Assembly: GCA_036677065.1 (NCBI GenBank)
Contig: JAKFBS010000003.1
Location: 288,001 to 352,000 of the forward strand
Source of the DNA: Bdellovibrio sp.
GTDB lineage: Bacteria > Bdellovibrionota > Bdellovibrionia > Bdellovibrionales > Bdellovibrionaceae
Length of the DNA stretch: 64,000 bases
Reading direction: 5' to 3'
The notes beneath the pieces were generated by a model. That model had not been told where the DNA came from and ran no database searches. It saw nothing but the letters and a program-made list of their open reading frames with translations. How positions within the stretch are numbered: the first letter of the stretch is position 1; each line of letters begins with the position of its first letter. The position numbers and the translations under genes are program-made. Positions 48,977-58,821 of the stretch are shown here, piece by piece.

Positions 48977-51900
48977 ATTTTTCGCTAGCGCAGAATAAAG
49001 TGCAATTCATCCGCGCCGGTGCGGGTGCGGGTAAAACGACGACTTTAATTGCGACATGCATCGCTTTTGCGAAACAGTTTAAAGCAAAAAACAATCGTTA
49101 TCCAAAAATCATCATTACGACATTCACGAAAAAAGCCACGCAAGAGATTAAAGAGCGTTTAATCATTGAAGCCCTTGAAACCAAAGATGAAGAGCTTTTT
49201 CAGTACTTTAATAAAAAGTCGTTCGTTCAAATCGGAACGATTCATAATATATTAAATTTATTCTTACGCCAGCATTCCGAGGCCATCGGTTTACCGGCAG
49301 ATCTGGCGATCGTGAATGATTATAAAATCTTTTTTGCTTTAAAAAAGTATATCAAGGGCGTATTCGAAAAAAACCCACAATATCAGACTTTGCTGGATCA
49401 CTTTCGATTTGATCAGTTAATGCAGCTGTTATTAAAAGCTTCAAGCCTAAAGCTTGAAAACCCAACGTTTAAAGCGGCGAACCTAGCAACCTTGCAACAA
49501 GCCGCAAACATCGAAAAACAAAGTGTGTTGGCAACATTAGAGCTATTCTTAGCTGGAGCAAACAGTTACCCAGAAAAATGGCTTCCGCATATTGATTTCT
49601 TAAAACTAGTTAAAAAGGCCATCATCGAGCAAAATTACGATGATCTCATGCAAGCTTATGAAACCAAGCCGACAAAATTCAGATTAAGTAAAAAAGCCGA
49701 AATCGATGAAGAGCTCAATGAGGCCATCGGTGATATATTTAAAGAGCCCTTATCGCCGATGTGTTTTGATCAGTATTTACAAGTCGCAGACCAAATCAAC
49801 GCACTATTTTCTGAATTAGCTAATGAGGCCGCAGGCTTTATTGATCGTCTACGCTTAAACAGCGGTGAAATGTCGATTTCTGATCTTGAACTATTATCAA
49901 TGAAAATTATCACAGAAAGCCCGCAGGCAATGCAGGCTTTTGCTTCGCAGTTTGATTTTATTATGGTCGATGAATACCAAGATACTTCACCACTGCAGGT
50001 GAAAATCTTAAATCAACTGATGCAGGATAAATTTCAATTTATAGTGGGCGATCCGCAACAAAGTATTTATCTGTTTCGTGGCGCCAGATCAGAAGTATTC
50101 ACTAATAAAGAAAAAGAAATTAATCAGCAGGGTTTTGCAACCACGCAAAAAATGCAGAACTATCGTTCGCACCCAAGGTTAATGTCATTTATGAATGATT
50201 TTTTTGAAGGTTATTCGCGTCAGTTTATGCCAATGCAAACTAAGAGTGATGACTTTGTAGCGCGTGCTTTTCCAGAAGCCACCTTAATCACAACGGTTGA
50301 ACATGAATACGGATCAATTGTGACTCAGGCGATGAATTTACACAAAAAAGGAATTCCATTTTCAGACATTACCGTTTTATTTAAGAAAAACTCTGACATC
50401 TTAGATTTCGCAAAATACGCCAATCAGTTCAACTTGCCGGTACAGGTGCAGATTTCTAAAGGTTTTGAAGATAAATCTGAAGTCGGCGATTTATTAGCTC
50501 TATTACGTTTTTTGATTAATCCTTTTGATAATCATAATTTAATCCGTTTAAGCAGAGCTCCTTGGTTTAATATCAGTGATCAAGAAATCATCGAATTACG
50601 TCAGGATGAAACGACCACTTCTTTTTGGTTACAATTAAAAAAGAAAAACCATCCGATCTATCAAAATTTAAAAGAGATCGAAAAATGCTATCTTGAAAAA
50701 GGTGTTTCTGAAGCTATATTCTACTTTATCAGTCATTCGGTATTTTTAGATGCTTCAGCATATTTTGACCCAACTTCATTACGCGAAGCCAATATCTGGA
50801 AGTTCTTGCAAACAGTGATGGCTAACGAAGTGCGCGCTGATTTTAATTTAAGTGATTTTGTAAATAATGAGCTGACACAGTTTAACTCTGATTTATCGTC
50901 ATCAGACGGCGAGGGTGTTCCGTTATTTGCTGCCAACCGTGTTGCTTTAATGACAGTGCATGGATCTAAAGGATTACAGTTTAAACATGTGATTATCAGC
51001 GGTTTTAACTTAGCTGTTAGAAACTCTGGAACCGACGTATTCACTTTTGATGAAGAATCAGCGCAGTTTTCTTTAAAAGTGCAATTGCCGCAATTTGATA
51101 AAGGTTATGCGACGTCTTGGGCTGATTTGGTTTTTCAGAAGTTTTTAGTCCGGGCGCGCGAAGAAAACGATCGTGTATTATATGTGGCAATGACCCGTGC
51201 AATTGATTCGTTAACGATGATTCGCGAGCAGGCTAAAAATCCTCCGAAAAACTCTTGGTTAGAAAAAATCAACTGGGCGCCAGAACAATTCGAATCCGAT
51301 AAATACAGTGTCGAGTTCATAGAAATGAATGAAGAACCTGAAGTTCTGGTTCAAGAAGTGCAAAACCAAGGCTTAGACATTAAACCGCTTGAAATGGCTA
51401 AAGACTACCGGGTATCGGCAGGGGTCACAAGCCTGGTTTCGGCAGAGCTTCCATATGAAAAAGAAACCACCACGGCAAAACCAGAACAATTGGCCGAAGA
51501 ACTTTCAGAACAAACAGTTAAAGCGTATAACAAAACTCAAAAAGGAACAGACCTGCATAAGTTTTTTGAGTCGTTAAAATACAATCAAGTGAGTGAAATC
51601 GATCGCAATCTGTCGGACGCAGATCGTAAGGCCTTACAATGGCTGATTGACCAACAAGAAGTAAATTTAAGAGAGTTATTTGATCGCGGACACGTTGAAT
51701 GGGGTTTTGGCCTACAGGTGAAAACTGCCGATAACACTCGTATGGTTCAGGGGCAAATCGATGCTTGGGGGTATGTAGGTGATGACTTGTATATTCTTGA
51801 CTATAAAACAGGAAGCACGAAATACTTAAGACAGGCCTTTGATCAACTGCGAGCCTACGCGGGTTGTTTAAAACAGATGGGGATGGTCAGTAAAGACCAG

Positions 51901-51993
51901 CGCATCCGACTTGCGGTAATTTATCCGTTTGAGCAAAAGGTAAAGTTCGAAGATATTTTCGAACCAAATGTACACCTGGAGTTTGCAACATGA
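48952..51993 (+). CDS. addA: AddA-like UvrD helicase/nuclease
   Basis: AGAGAGKTT, VDEYQDT, VGDPQQSIYLFRG, YVAMTRA, GQID...LDYKTG. Confidence 0.88.
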   Translation: MSSQKPEIDFSLAQNKVQFIRAGAGAGKTTTLIATCIAFAKQFKAKNNRYPKIIITTFTKKATQEIKERLIIEALETKDEELFQYFNKKSFVQIGTIHNILNLFLRQHSEAIGLPADLAIVNDYKIFFALKKYIKGVFEKNPQYQTLLDHFRFDQLMQLLLKASSLKLENPTFKAANLATLQQAANIEKQSVLATLELFLAGANSYPEKWLPHIDFLKLVKKAIIEQNYDDLMQAYETKPTKFRLSKKAEIDEELNEAIGDIFKEPLSPMCFDQYLQVADQINALFSELANEAAGFIDRLRLNSGEMSISDLELLSMKIITESPQAMQAFASQFDFIMVDEYQDTSPLQVKILNQLMQDKFQFIVGDPQQSIYLFRGARSEVFTNKEKEINQQGFATTQKMQNYRSHPRLMSFMNDFFEGYSRQFMPMQTKSDDFVARAFPEATLITTVEHEYGSIVTQAMNLHKKGIPFSDITVLFKKNSDILDFAKYANQFNLPVQVQISKGFEDKSEVGDLLALLRFLINPFDNHNLIRLSRAPWFNISDQEIIELRQDETTTSFWLQLKKKNHPIYQNLKEIEKCYLEKGVSEAIFYFISHSVFLDASAYFDPTSLREANIWKFLQTVMANEVRADFNLSDFVNNELTQFNSDLSSSDGEGVPLFAANRVALMTVHGSKGLQFKHVIISGFNLAVRNSGTDVFTFDEESAQFSLKVQLPQFDKGYATSWADLVFQKFLVRAREENDRVLYVAMTRAIDSLTMIREQAKNPPKNSWLEKINWAPEQFESDKYSVEFIEMNEEPEVLVQEVQNQGLDIKPLEMAKDYRVSAGVTSLVSAELPYEKETTTAKPEQLAEELSEQTVKAYNKTQKGTDLHKFFESLKYNQVSEIDRNLSDADRKALQWLIDQQEVNLRELFDRGHVEWGFGLQVKTADNTRMVQGQIDAWGYVGDDLYILDYKTGSTKYLRQAFDQLRAYAGCLKQMGMVSKDQRIRLAVIYPFEQKVKFEDIFEPNVHLEFAT

Positions 51994-52433
51994 ATCTTTT
52001 AAGACGTCAGTATTTCATTTATCCTGAAATCCAAAAACCATTAATGATGCAAATTTTTATAGGATTAACAATTCTATCAATCATCCAAATCGCAGGAATT
52101 TTCTTAGCGATGAAATGGATGGGAGCCCAAGTCGCTGCCGACATCACATTAGTCGTTGATTACAGAGTCCTTGGCCCCTGGAAAAACTTTTTATATATGG
52201 CGATCGTATTACCGATGATCGTAAATTTAGTGATCGGCATTTTCATCGTGTTGTACACCTCAAATAAATTCGCAGGCCCGTTATTTCGCCTTGAACGTGA
52301 AATCGACCGCTACTTAGCCGGCGAAACAGACAGTATCCAAGTAAAATTCAGAACCTCTGATTACTTGCATACCTTGGCTACAAAAATCAATTCCATCGAC
52401 CAAAAAGCCAAACGCCAACAAAATTTAACTTAA
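51990..52433 (+). CDS. Two-TM membrane protein with a HAMP-like segment
   Basis: Two hydrophobic helices, SNKFAGPLFRL motif. Confidence 0.65.
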   Translation: MNLLRRQYFIYPEIQKPLMMQIFIGLTILSIIQIAGIFLAMKWMGAQVAADITLVVDYRVLGPWKNFLYMAIVLPMIVNLVIGIFIVLYTSNKFAGPLFRLEREIDRYLAGETDSIQVKFRTSDYLHTLATKINSIDQKAKRQQNLT

Positions 52434-52436
52434 CGC

Positions 52437-52468
52437 AAAAAAAAGGCCCGGTATTTCTACCGAGCCTT
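52437..52468 (-). terminator. Rho-independent terminator of the metzincin gene
   Basis: AAGGCCCGGTA-TTTC-TACCGAGCCTT preceded by an A-run. Confidence 0.75.
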
Positions 52469-52497
52469 GGAAGAAGTTTAACTTCTTAAAGCAAAGA

Positions 52498-55400
52498 CTA
52501 ATGAGTCGAAGCTTGGTCTAAATCTACGTAACGAGTGTAAGTACTTAACTTATCAATCACGTCAGTTAATTTAGCTTGTTGTTCAGATAACTTCTTAGTG
52601 TTCATCATAAGGCCAGTGATTTGCGCGCCTGTAATTTCAGATACGCCATCTTGTAGCTTCACTTTGATCTCAGCCGTTGATTCAGCCATGTACATTTGAG
52701 CGATAGCCATTGCAGGTAATGCAGATAACTGTTCGTTCTCTTGTGACATCTGTTGCAACACTTTAACGATCATGCCGATAGTTGCATCTAATTGGTCAAC
52801 CGGAGTTGATTGTAATAGACCCATGACTTGTTCAAATGTGCCTAATTGGCTGAATAACTGTTCGCGCATGATTTCAACTTGCACTACGAAGTTAACTTTA
52901 GAATCCGCAGCATCAAGAGCTTTTGGCATAATCACTTCTTTAGCATTTAATTGACGTAACTTATTTACGATCTTCTTAGCTTCAGCATCGGCTTTGCCTT
53001 TGGCTGCCTTAATCGCAGGGTTAGTTTTAGCTAACTCAGCAACGTATTGTTCATCAGTTTTAGCTTGAGCTGCATCGCAACCTTCAGCATCTAATGGTTC
53101 ACCAGTTTCTTGATTCATTTCACAAGCTGCTTCTTTGATAGCTGCGATTGGGCCTTTAACAGCTTTATCAGCTTCAGCTAAAACTTTTAAGTTCGGGAAT
53201 AAATCAGTTTTAGAACTAACTAATACTTCAGCACGAGCGGCTTGCATAATGATTGAGTTTGAACCCATAGCATTTTGAGCTGCGTGGTACACAACAGTAT
53301 CAGATAATTTTCTGTCCTGGCCCATACGAACTACGTTGATACGGTCTTTCGGAGCTTGTTTAACATATGAACGACCTACTAATAAAGTCTCAGCAAATTT
53401 ATCGTAAGAAGAAAATTTAGCCTGGTTCATACCGATAACAGCAGCAATCGCTGTGTTGTCAGCTAAGTTACGGTTAACTTCAACCGGAATATCGATATTC
53501 ATCAAATCACCAGTTGGTGTGTAGAAACCAGAAGTTAAGTTATTCGTAATGATATCGATCGTCGTTTGGATAGTTAAAGATTCAGATGGATCTTTAACGC
53601 CTAAGAAGAACTGTTCGAAATCAGTATACGAAATCATGTTCATCTGAGAATCATCTGTACCGCCCATTTGAGACGCAGTTAATAGATAGTTCATCGCAAA
53701 CATTTTATCGTAACCAATACCGATAGTATCGATTTTATCTTTAGTTAACATTTTATCATATACAGAACGAGCTTCTAAAACTTTGATATCTTTTTTCTCG
53801 TCTAGTTCAGGTTTACCGTCTGCACCGATCACTGGTTGGCCTTCAGCATCAAGTTTTAAAACTTTGTATGTGTAAGGGATCGCGTAGAAACGTTTTTTAA
53901 CATCTGTCATACTAATGCCATCAGCATCAGGGATACGTATTAATTCGTGAAAGAATTGGTATCCAGTAATAGTTGATTCAACTAAGTTGTTTAAGTGAGC
54001 TTGATCAGCTTGTTCACCACGGCCTGAACCGTAGATCGCAGCCATTAACGTTTGATCTAAGAAACCACGGATTTCTTCGAACAATTGTACGTTACGTAAG
54101 ATAACTCCAACTTTTTCATTCCAAGCAAAGTTAATTCTATCGTAAACGTAGTAACGGTTAGCGTATGAACGAGTGTAGTCAGCAATTTTGTTCGCTACGA
54201 TTTCTTGTGGAGTTCCACCGACGTCGAAACGAGCACACATAATGTCTGAACCAACCATCATATCGTGACATTGAGCATAGTGCTCAAGTAAGCCAGTTGT
54301 ATTAACTGTATCTTTAGTAAAGTGAACTAAAGAATTCTTACCTAAGATTTTTGCCGCGTCAGCAATTGAAATTAAATGACCGTTGATAATATCAATTTTG
54401 TTAGCTTTGAAATTATCCATCGTCTTTTGGTTTTTTAAGATCTCTGGGTTAAGAGGTACTAAGCCTGTGTATGCTGCACGAATAGCGTGAACATCGTAAG
54501 GGCCAGGACCAGCGTAATGTTGTTCGATATCAGAGATATAATCCATGATCGACGAGTAGTTACGGTGAGTTTGTTTGCCTTCTTCTTTTTGGTCAGCGAA
54601 TTCGTAATTAGCTACGTCAGTTGAACCAGTAAAGTTATGCATTAAACCAAACGCATGACCTAATTCGTGTGACAGCGTGCTCATGACCGCCATTTTGAAG
54701 TTGATCATTAAGTTTTTCTTAGGATCTGGATCAGCCATTAAAGCTGAATCTTCGATTTCAGGACGAGAATGGTAGAAACAACCCGGACGGTTTACTTGCG
54801 TACGGTCAAACTTCATAGCCATTGATAATTGAGCCTGACGTTTGTTAAGTGCTGCTTTCGTTAATTCAGAAAGACCAGCATGAGTTAACATTACATCATT
54901 CATTCTGAATTCTAGTTCAAGAGGATTACGTTTTAACGATTTATCCATCGCAAGTTCAGTTAATTTTAATGTGAAAGTGTCAGAATTAACTGGGTAGTTA
55001 ATTTTTTGACCTTTTTTAGTTCCTTTAAACATGTCTTTAGAAATAGCCGGTAAACCTAACGCCGCAGTGTTCGTCGAAGATTTAACGTCTAATTGTTTAA
55101 GAGCAGCTCTTAAAGTTTTTTGATCAAGATCTAAAGATTTTAAAGTTTGTTTTAAAATTCTTTCTTGTAACTTGATTTTGTTCTGAACTTTTTCTGCACC
55201 GGCAGCAACTTTGTTTTCGCCAGCAGCAGCAGCTTTAGCGGCTTCTTCTTTTGCAGCTTGGTCAGCAGAAGCGATAATTTCTTCTTCTTTCGCAGCGGCA
55301 TCTACAGCTTGTTTTTTGATAGATTCGATCATCTTCTCGTAGGCACGAGAGATTTTCGTATTTTTCAATAACACTTCTGTTTGTTGGAATGTGTTACCTG

Positions 55401-57720
55401 TGTAAACGATAACGTTAGCTGATTCGATCGCACCTGATTTAGGATTAGCTGCTGGTTGAGCAACACCTAATAAACCGTTATCAGCCGGGATTTCATTGAA
55501 CCAGATGTAGTTCTTATCTAAGTCACCAAGGTGACCAGTTTCTTTACCGGCATCTTCAACGATAAGTTGAACGTAATCACCAGTACGCTCTAATGCCGTA
55601 CCTTTGAAAGACATTCTGAAAGAAGCATTCCACTCAGTCATAACTTGTTGAGCTGCTTCAACTAATAATTGTCTTCTTTCTGCATTTGTAGCAGAAGCTT
55701 CATTAATACCACCTAAGTACCATTTAACTACGCGGCCGTTACGGAAATCATGAATCATCGGCATGTACTTTTCAGAACCATCACGGTTACTTAAAGTACC
55801 GTTCGTAGTTACTTTATCAGCTAAAGTAAATACACCGAAGTTGAATGCACTTTGAGCCATGTGCGAAATGTTCATAGAGAACTGAGAATCAGTGTTTGCT
55901 TTGTTCTCGTGTTTAACAAAAGAAATACGCTCTTGAACGTTAAAGTTAAATTGCGCACTTCCAGCCCAGTAAGCTGAATTTACATCTTTGATCGCGGCAC
56001 ACGCTGTATCAACAGTGTATGAACTTGCGATTGATAAATTAAGTACGCCATCAGAAGCTAAGCGCATATCTGTAGCAGTCACTTTTTGTGAAGATTCAGC
56101 TCTGAAGCATGAACCCATATCGTAGAAAGCTAACGGAGAAGAGGCATCTGGTACTGTATTACGAGTCCAGTCAATAGCAGCTACTTCAGCTTTTTCTTTA
56201 GTTGTTTCAACCCATTTCGGAATTGTTAATTTAGTTCCGTTAGCAGTTTCGCGGATCGCACGAAAGTAACGAACCGGAATAGACATCATTTCTTCTTTAT
56301 CTTTTGCACCTTGGCCAGTGTATTGGATTAAAGACATTTGGTTACGAACAACGATACGCTCGTCTTCTAATTCGAATTTAACTAAAGACATATCACCAGA
56401 AGTACCAGTACGGCCTAAGAATGAACTAGCAGCGTCTTCTAAAGTACGACGAAAGAAAAATTCACCTTTTAAGTCAGCTAAAATTAATGTGCTGTTTGGA
56501 TCAAGGATATCATTTAAGATTTCAACTTGAACGGCTGGAGTTTGTTGGCGAATTTGAACTAAACCAACTGATTCGCTAGCTGAAACTTCTTCTAATTCAA
56601 CATCTGAAGATGTTGTACCCGTAGAATCTGTTAAAGCTAATTTAGGTTTAACATGCTCTAACTGAACAGTCGCCGTCATTACGATAACACAGTTTTGCTC
56701 TTTAGAACCAATAACCGCTACAACGTCAGCATCAGAACAACGTTTAATAGATCCATTAGAACTGTTGTTTGTTAAAAGACGTTGTTGGCTTTCAGAAAGC
56801 TTATCTAAAGTCGTGATCTCGTAAACTAATAGGCTTCCGCTATCAACTTTAGTTAATACTTTTGAATTTTCGTTTATAAATTTAAGACCGATTTTTAAAC
56901 GTGACGCTAATTCACCTGCACTTGATACTTGGTTATCAAGCTTAGAAGCTACGAATAGCTCATTCATCGTTTTAGTTTGACCGGCTTTTAAACCGATAAC
57001 TTCACGCGCATCAGATAAAGAACTGATCTGGATGTGAGTTGCATTTTTAAAGTCAGTACCTTTTAAAGATAAAGTTGCTGTGTCTTCTTTAAGGTCATTT
57101 TTTACTTTTTGTAAAACGCCGTAGCCGACGATGTTGTATTTAAACATCGGCACTAATAAGGCACCTTGTGAAGCTCCAACTTTAATTTTTTCAGATTCAG
57201 ATGAAGCTGCTTTTTGTTGGTTTAATAATGTTTTTAACTCAACACCACTTGCTTTAGAAACTTCAGATAATAACTGAGCTTGGCGGGCAGTGATCGCGAT
57301 AGATTTTTCTAACGCCGTTAAGTCGTTAGCGCTTTCGGCAACTTTATAAGCCGTCAAAGTATTCTTATCTACTGAGAAAGTAATTTTAAAGTTTTTAACC
57401 GATTGGCCAATCATTGGGAGTCTATCAAACATGAACTTCATGCGGGCAGGAACGCTGACCTCGTCTGAAGACAGCTTAGCCGTCGTTTCAGTATTCAAAG
57501 CTTGCACTGATTCATCAGCGCCGGCAGCTTCGATATCTTCGCGAGAAGCAGAAAAAGCCGAGGTCGCAGATGGCGCGCCGAATTCAGAGATCGCATAGAT
57601 ATCTGCTTTCATGTCCTCTGGTAATTCTGCACCACGTTTTTTCGTACATGATGTAATCACCATAATTGCGATTAAGGACATCGTTAAACTTAACAGCTTA
57701 CGTTCCTGGTTGTTTTTCAT
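52498..57720 (-). CDS. Giant zinc-dependent metalloprotease lipoprotein (metzincin, DUF4953/EcxA-like)
   Basis: SD before ATG 57720, lipobox ITSC, HELGHAFGLMHN, Met-turn SIMDY, GPYD. Confidence 0.85.
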   Translation of the reverse strand: MKNNQERKLLSLTMSLIAIMVITSCTKKRGAELPEDMKADIYAISEFGAPSATSAFSASREDIEAAGADESVQALNTETTAKLSSDEVSVPARMKFMFDRLPMIGQSVKNFKITFSVDKNTLTAYKVAESANDLTALEKSIAITARQAQLLSEVSKASGVELKTLLNQQKAASSESEKIKVGASQGALLVPMFKYNIVGYGVLQKVKNDLKEDTATLSLKGTDFKNATHIQISSLSDAREVIGLKAGQTKTMNELFVASKLDNQVSSAGELASRLKIGLKFINENSKVLTKVDSGSLLVYEITTLDKLSESQQRLLTNNSSNGSIKRCSDADVVAVIGSKEQNCVIVMTATVQLEHVKPKLALTDSTGTTSSDVELEEVSASESVGLVQIRQQTPAVQVEILNDILDPNSTLILADLKGEFFFRRTLEDAASSFLGRTGTSGDMSLVKFELEDERIVVRNQMSLIQYTGQGAKDKEEMMSIPVRYFRAIRETANGTKLTIPKWVETTKEKAEVAAIDWTRNTVPDASSPLAFYDMGSCFRAESSQKVTATDMRLASDGVLNLSIASSYTVDTACAAIKDVNSAYWAGSAQFNFNVQERISFVKHENKANTDSQFSMNISHMAQSAFNFGVFTLADKVTTNGTLSNRDGSEKYMPMIHDFRNGRVVKWYLGGINEASATNAERRQLLVEAAQQVMTEWNASFRMSFKGTALERTGDYVQLIVEDAGKETGHLGDLDKNYIWFNEIPADNGLLGVAQPAANPKSGAIESANVIVYTGNTFQQTEVLLKNTKISRAYEKMIESIKKQAVDAAAKEEEIIASADQAAKEEAAKAAAAGENKVAAGAEKVQNKIKLQERILKQTLKSLDLDQKTLRAALKQLDVKSSTNTAALGLPAISKDMFKGTKKGQKINYPVNSDTFTLKLTELAMDKSLKRNPLELEFRMNDVMLTHAGLSELTKAALNKRQAQLSMAMKFDRTQVNRPGCFYHSRPEIEDSALMADPDPKKNLMINFKMAVMSTLSHELGHAFGLMHNFTGSTDVANYEFADQKEEGKQTHRNYSSIMDYISDIEQHYAGPGPYDVHAIRAAYTGLVPLNPEILKNQKTMDNFKANKIDIINGHLISIADAAKILGKNSLVHFTKDTVNTTGLLEHYAQCHDMMVGSDIMCARFDVGGTPQEIVANKIADYTRSYANRYYVYDRINFAWNEKVGVILRNVQLFEEIRGFLDQTLMAAIYGSGRGEQADQAHLNNLVESTITGYQFFHELIRIPDADGISMTDVKKRFYAIPYTYKVLKLDAEGQPVIGADGKPELDEKKDIKVLEARSVYDKMLTKDKIDTIGIGYDKMFAMNYLLTASQMGGTDDSQMNMISYTDFEQFFLGVKDPSESLTIQTTIDIITNNLTSGFYTPTGDLMNIDIPVEVNRNLADNTAIAAVIGMNQAKFSSYDKFAETLLVGRSYVKQAPKDRINVVRMGQDRKLSDTVVYHAAQNAMGSNSIIMQAARAEVLVSSKTDLFPNLKVLAEADKAVKGPIAAIKEAACEMNQETGEPLDAEGCDAAQAKTDEQYVAELAKTNPAIKAAKGKADAEAKKIVNKLRQLNAKEVIMPKALDAADSKVNFVVQVEIMREQLFSQLGTFEQVMGLLQSTPVDQLDATIGMIVKVLQQMSQENEQLSALPAMAIAQMYMAESTAEIKVKLQDGVSEITGAQITGLMMNTKKLSEQQAKLTDVIDKLSTYTRYVDLDQASTH

Positions 57721-57785
57721 ATTTCCCTCTTTCATTTTCATTTCTTTAATTCCTTTAAACGTTCTAATTCTTTAACTCTTTAAAA

Positions 57786-58745
57786 TTACATTGAAGCGCT
57801 GATGCCCATATAAACCGATGAAGCGTTCTCATCGATCACTTCCAGGTTTGATTCATAGCCATTGGCTTTGATCATCGCCCCTTCGTTTGAATGACCAACA
57901 TTCACGGCGAAGTTGTCATTTAGGCTGTAGCCAATCTCTTGCCCCAGGGCAAAAGATTCGCGAACATTCCCCTGATACGTCCAGCGAGAACGGTGCAGGT
58001 AACTTAATGAAAAACTAAAATCAGCAATTGAATAGCTGATATCCATTGATTGATTCGATGAATATTTATTTAAAACTTTGCCATTGATATTTTCTTCGTA
58101 AGCATAAAAGTTTTGTCCTGCAGATAAACCGATTAACACAGACCAAACACCGTCAGATTTGTAAATACCATCCGGAATGATTCCAAACGCCACAGATCCA
58201 GAAAGTGAGCCTTGTAGTTCATCACGCTTGGTAGAGCCTTTAGACATTGGAATCACAGTAGAAATCGCAGGTCTAAAAGTCAGAATATAAGGAGCAGACC
58301 ATGCCCACTTTGCTGATTTAAATGAATATTTAAGCGATGGATCAAGTAATCCTGCAGCTGTGTTCTCTGCATCTTTTAAGTCATTAGAGTAATCGACAAC
58401 CATAGATAAAGAGTGGCCGTTCGTGAAACCAGCACCTACGATAAAACGAAAATCTAATGAATCGCTACGGCTGCCATCTTGATGATCATATAAGTTAGTT
58501 GAACGTGAAACATCCACCGAAGCGCTATATGTATTTGATGGCTCTACTTCTTTTTCTCGTGGTGGTGTGTATGAAGACACGGCTGAACTATTTACATTGG
58601 CTGCAAAAGAGTTCGACGCCAAAAGGATACTGGCTAACATTGAGACAACTACCGCTAATAGTGTCACTTTATGTTTTAAATTGAATACATTGCTCATTAA
58701 AGCCTGCATAGGTTCTTTCTGGCCGGGATTCAAATTCCCGATCAT
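57786..58745 (-). CDS. Outer-membrane beta-barrel-like secreted protein (start uncertain: 58745, 58709 or 58697)
   Basis: Signal peptide (SFA|A), alternating aromatic strands. Confidence 0.6.
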   Translation of the reverse strand: MIGNLNPGQKEPMQALMSNVFNLKHKVTLLAVVVSMLASILLASNSFAANVNSSAVSSYTPPREKEVEPSNTYSASVDVSRSTNLYDHQDGSRSDSLDFRFIVGAGFTNGHSLSMVVDYSNDLKDAENTAAGLLDPSLKYSFKSAKWAWSAPYILTFRPAISTVIPMSKGSTKRDELQGSLSGSVAFGIIPDGIYKSDGVWSVLIGLSAGQNFYAYEENINGKVLNKYSSNQSMDISYSIADFSFSLSYLHRSRWTYQGNVRESFALGQEIGYSLNDNFAVNVGHSNEGAMIKANGYESNLEVIDENASSVYMGISASM

Positions 58746-58762
58746 GTCTCGTTATGGAACTA

Positions 58763-58778
58763 TGCGAGACGCGTGCCT
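58763..58778 (-). promoter_or_regulatory. Sigma-54 promoter
   Basis: AGGCACGCGTCTCGCA (GG-N10-GC). Confidence 0.62.
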
Positions 58779-58821
58779 AAAGAATTTCACAAATTGGAGT
58801 TTTCTCTCTAGTATGTGTTTT

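Noticed and set aside
46268..51993. Cas4-like nuclease plus helicase as a novel defence system
   Set aside because: The architecture and motifs match the ordinary AddAB recombination complex.
57742..57785. Repeated CTTTAA words in the OMP-metzincin spacer
   Set aside because: Low-complexity AT-rich sequence; cannot be distinguished from chance.
58567..58821. 85-aa N-terminal extension of RNase HI in the ORF track
   Set aside because: It overlaps the opposite-strand OMP gene and its promoter; the real start is probably ATG 58822.
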